This document shows positions 61,411 through 64,000 of a stretch of DNA of 64,000 nt, one piece after another. Location of the stretch: assembly GCA_934149105.1 (NCBI GenBank), contig CAKPDP010000004.1:5277-69276 (forward strand), in the 5' to 3' direction. How positions within the stretch are numbered: the stretch's first letter is position 1; the number at the start of each line of letters is the position of its first letter. A program made the translations under genes and the position numbers. The notes beneath the pieces were generated by a model, which was not told where the DNA came from, ran no database searches, and saw nothing but the letters and a program-made list of their open reading frames with translations. Source of the stretch: an uncultured Bacilli bacterium (GTDB lineage: Bacteria; Bacillota_I; Bacilli_A; RF39; UBA660).

Positions 61411-62316
61411 ATGTATAATATTACAATTAATATTATTAAGAAATCAAAAAAGGAGTTATTATTTAAAGTAATTACTTCTTTTTTACTAAGGGCCTTGCTA
61501 TTAATAATTCCCATCTATTGGAGTAAAACCATTAATAATTTAACTGATCTAATCTACAATAAATCCTACTCCTTAGTAATATTAATTATCATTTTATCTA
61601 TTCTTTATTATATCTTTCAATACTTAAATCAAGTAACTTGGTTTAAATTCTATAATAAACTTTATATGGAGTATACTAAACTAATAGTCAATGATAACAA
61701 AATAAATAATTTAACCCTAGCCGAATATACTAACATCATTAATAACGATATCGATATTATTTGTACCTTCCTAGGAAATCTTATCGTCAGAATTTTTCAA
61801 TTCATTGAATTCCTAATTATTTATATCTATTTCTTTAATGTCAACATCTATATCTTCTTAATAACTGTCGTTGTCTCCATAATAATGCTCCTAATCTTTA
61901 TAAAATCTGGATCTACTCTTCAAAAAGAAAATATCAATCGTAAAGAAAGCCTTGATTACAAAACCAGTACTACTCACAAAATGTATTCTTTGGTTAAAGA
62001 AAATAAAGATTTAACAAAAATCAATAAAATCTTCTATAAAAATTGTACTAAATATTTGCAAGATAATAACCGCTTTAACTTATTATCTTCATTTTATACT
62101 TATCTAGTCCTAGGAATAATAGAATTCTTTAAATATTTAATAATTATCTATTCGATTTATTTAATACAAATAGGCTCTCTGGAAATTGGTACCATTCTCT
62201 TAGTTTACAGCTATTACGATAAAATTATTACCAATTTTGAGGTCGTAGGTACAATCAGTACTGAATATCAAAGTTTCGTTGTTTCTTTAAAAAGACTAAA
62301 TAAAGTTGGTAGTTAA
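61411..62316 (+). CDS. Six-TM membrane protein resembling an ABC-exporter transmembrane domain without a nucleotide-binding domain
   Basis: 301 aa, TM spacing typical of ABC type-I exporter TMD. No Walker motifs. Confidence 0.35.
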   Translation: MYNITINIIKKSKKELLFKVITSFLLRALLLIIPIYWSKTINNLTDLIYNKSYSLVILIIILSILYYIFQYLNQVTWFKFYNKLYMEYTKLIVNDNKINNLTLAEYTNIINNDIDIICTFLGNLIVRIFQFIEFLIIYIYFFNVNIYIFLITVVVSIIMLLIFIKSGSTLQKENINRKESLDYKTSTTHKMYSLVKENKDLTKINKIFYKNCTKYLQDNNRFNLLSSFYTYLVLGIIEFFKYLIIIYSIYLIQIGSLEIGTILLVYSYYDKIITNFEVVGTISTEYQSFVVSLKRLNKVGS

Positions 62317-62370
62317 AATTTGTATAAAAAATCTTCTTTCATATCATAATTATATTGAAAGGAGATTTTT

Positions 62371-63144
62371 ATGGCCCGTCACAAAGTCGATATATGTGGC
62401 GTGGATACTGCGAATATTAAAGTTTTAAATGATGAAGAAACTAAAGAATTATTTAAAAAATTTAAGGAAGGAGATTTACAAGCTCGTGAAGAACTAATTA
62501 ATGGTAATCTTAAATTGGTTTTAAGTATTCTCAAAAAATTTACTAATCGTGTTGATAATCTTGATGATCTTTTCCAAGTCGGATGCATTGGCTTGGTCAA
62601 AGCTATCGATAATTTTGATACTAGTTTTGATGTTAAACTATCAACTTATGCCTGCCCTTTGATCTTGGGAGAAGTAAAACGCTACCTCCGTGACAACAAT
62701 TCTCTTAGGATAAGTAGGAGCATCAAAGACATAGCCTATAAGGCTTTAAAGCTAAAAGATGAGTTAGTAACTATCGATGGCCAAGAGCCTTCAAATCAGT
62801 TGATCGCTGAGAAATTAGGAGTGACAGAATATGAAGTTGTTAATGCTTTAGAGTCCCTTCGAGAACCAGTAAGCATGTATGAACCAATATATAATGATGG
62901 TGGTGATACTATTTATCTTTTTGATCAAGTAAGTAATAAAAAGGATGAATATGATCTAGAAAGTAAATTATCTTTAGAAAAATACCTAAATTCTCTAAAA
63001 CCTCGTGAACGTTATATTCTTGATCAAAGGTACATAATGGGCAAAACACAAATGGAAATAGCCGCTGAATTAGGAATATCTCAAGCTCAGATCTCTAGAA
63101 TAGAAAAGGGTGTTATAAATAGTATAAAAAGAAAAGTAAAATAA
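62371..63144 (+). CDS. sigG: Forespore-specific sporulation sigma factor SigG
   Basis: MARHKVDICGVDTANIKVLNDEE..., DDLFQVGCIGLVKAIDNFD, REPVSMYEPIYNDGGD, GKTQMEIAAELGISQAQISRIEK parallel B. subtilis SigG along the whole length. Confidence 0.8.
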   Translation: MARHKVDICGVDTANIKVLNDEETKELFKKFKEGDLQAREELINGNLKLVLSILKKFTNRVDNLDDLFQVGCIGLVKAIDNFDTSFDVKLSTYACPLILGEVKRYLRDNNSLRISRSIKDIAYKALKLKDELVTIDGQEPSNQLIAEKLGVTEYEVVNALESLREPVSMYEPIYNDGGDTIYLFDQVSNKKDEYDLESKLSLEKYLNSLKPRERYILDQRYIMGKTQMEIAAELGISQAQISRIEKGVINSIKRKVK

Positions 63145-63165
63145 TATATTATATTGGTGATAATC

Positions 63166-63411
63166 ATGCGCTTATCAGAATTACAAGAAAAAGAAATAAT
63201 TGATATAAGTACTGGTAAAAAGATAGGCTTAATAATTGATGTCTCTGTCGGTTTAGACGGAACGATCGAAAGATTAATCTTAGAAGAAAGAAGAGGATCA
63301 AGAAGATTTATCAAAAATAGTAAAGACGAAATATCCGTCTATTGGGATAAAATAGTAAAAATAGGAGATGATACTATCCTCGTTAATAATAATAAAACTA
63401 ACTTGAAATAG
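63166..63411 (+). CDS. ylmC: YlmC/YmxH-family PRC-barrel sporulation protein
   Basis: MRLSELQEKEIIDISTGKKIGLIID... matches YlmC/YmxH N-terminus. ATG with GGTGA RBS (track TTG 63154 rejected). Downstream of sigG as in Bacillus. Confidence 0.7.
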   Translation: MRLSELQEKEIIDISTGKKIGLIIDVSVGLDGTIERLILEERRGSRRFIKNSKDEISVYWDKIVKIGDDTILVNNNKTNLK

Positions 63412-63464
63412 AGTTAGTTTTATTATATAATTAAACTGATAATAAACATAATATGGGTGATAAT

Positions 63465-63950
63465 ATGAATAATAAAGGTTTTACTTTGATAGAACTCCTA
63501 GCTATAGTTGTACTATTATGCTTAATAACTAGTGTTGGTACCTATGCCGTTGTAAATTATATAAATAAAGCTCGTGAAAAATCTGATAACATACTAATAA
63601 GTAATATTGAAACGGCTTCCCAAGAGTATTTAGATGAGTGTAGTAGTGGACTTTCCTCTATCGATAAATGCCAATATACTAAAAGCTCTGGTTCCAATTC
63701 TCAAATAATTTCTAGAGACATTACTTTAAATGATCTTGTGAGTAACAATTTCTTAACTATTAGTAGTACTGAAAAAGATAATCAAGAAACTAATATTCTT
63801 AAGAATAGTAAAGGTGATGAAATAAACGATTGCCAATATACCATAACTAAAACTAAAACTGAAAAATATCAAATAATTTATACAGTAACAAGTAACAATA
63901 ACAATAAAGAAAAATGTCCTAGCATAAATTATGATAGCTCTAAAAATTAA
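63465..63950 (+). CDS. Type IV pilin / pseudopilin (prepilin N-terminal cleavage-methylation domain)
   Basis: MNNKG|FTLIELLAIVVLLCLITSV. GGGTGA RBS before the second ATG. Confidence 0.75.
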   Translation: MNNKGFTLIELLAIVVLLCLITSVGTYAVVNYINKAREKSDNILISNIETASQEYLDECSSGLSSIDKCQYTKSSGSNSQIISRDITLNDLVSNNFLTISSTEKDNQETNILKNSKGDEINDCQYTITKTKTEKYQIIYTVTSNNNNKEKCPSINYDSSKN

Positions 63951-64000
63951 AAATAATAGAGTACATTGTTCAAACAATCTCTCTATTATTTTTTTAAAAT

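Overview
This is an AT-rich (~29% GC) chromosomal segment of Firmicutes type. Stop-codon usage indicates genetic code 11. Most of it is densely packed housekeeping genes on the + strand. A sporulation heritage is visible (spoVS, sigG, ylmC, and a sirA-like gene next to tkt). Features, in order along the window:
- A type IV pilus/competence platform protein and prepilin peptidase, but no ATPase. Three solitary pilin genes are scattered at 11.8 kb, 54.8 kb and 63.5 kb.
- rluB, spoVS, mtnN.
- The str operon rpsL-rpsG-fusA-tuf.
- A convergent femAB-family gene, dacA-like carboxypeptidase, hemW, mscS, an HD hydrolase.
- A CPBP intramembrane protease flanked by two micro-ORFs.
- obg, a hybrid sensor kinase, two N/Y-rich membrane proteins, and an unusually long (498 aa) sigma-70 factor.
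- The heat-shock operon hrcA-grpE-dnaK-(unknown 287 aa)-dnaJ-rsmE, with a sigma-A promoter plus CIRCE operator.
- PAP2, dgkA, yvcK.
- uvrB (-).
- A serpin (-) and sortase B (-), divergent from a beta-helix-repeat surface protein that has an NPNTF-type sorting signal.
- copZ, cysteine desulfurase, a TtcA-like PP-loop ATPase.
- ybaK, a GC-rich relic of ogt (O6-methylguanine methyltransferase), then tag translationally coupled to a Cys-rich DUF1848-like protein.
- dxs, a hotdog thioesterase, a MerR-HTH mini-ORF overlapping yqeK.
- A heterodimeric ABC exporter pair, one subunit carrying a ~200 aa ectodomain insert.
- A cytidylate-kinase-like protein, a YfcE phosphodiesterase, a pilin, lspA, rluD, yceD-rpmF, tkt, a sirA-like gene, tRNA-Arg(TCT) (-), yidD, sigG-ylmC, a pilin.

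I found no CRISPR array, IS element, phage or canonical defence system. The candidate unusual loci are therefore accessory-looking insertions in a core region. The main ones are the srtB-serpin/adhesin cluster, the ogt-relic/tag/DUF1848 alkylation-repair island, the 498 aa sigma factor and its neighbours, the unknown gene inside the dnaK operon, the Cys-rich tandem repeat in grpE, and the micro-ORFs around the CPBP protease. All functional calls are made from motifs read in the translated ORFs. No database search was possible.
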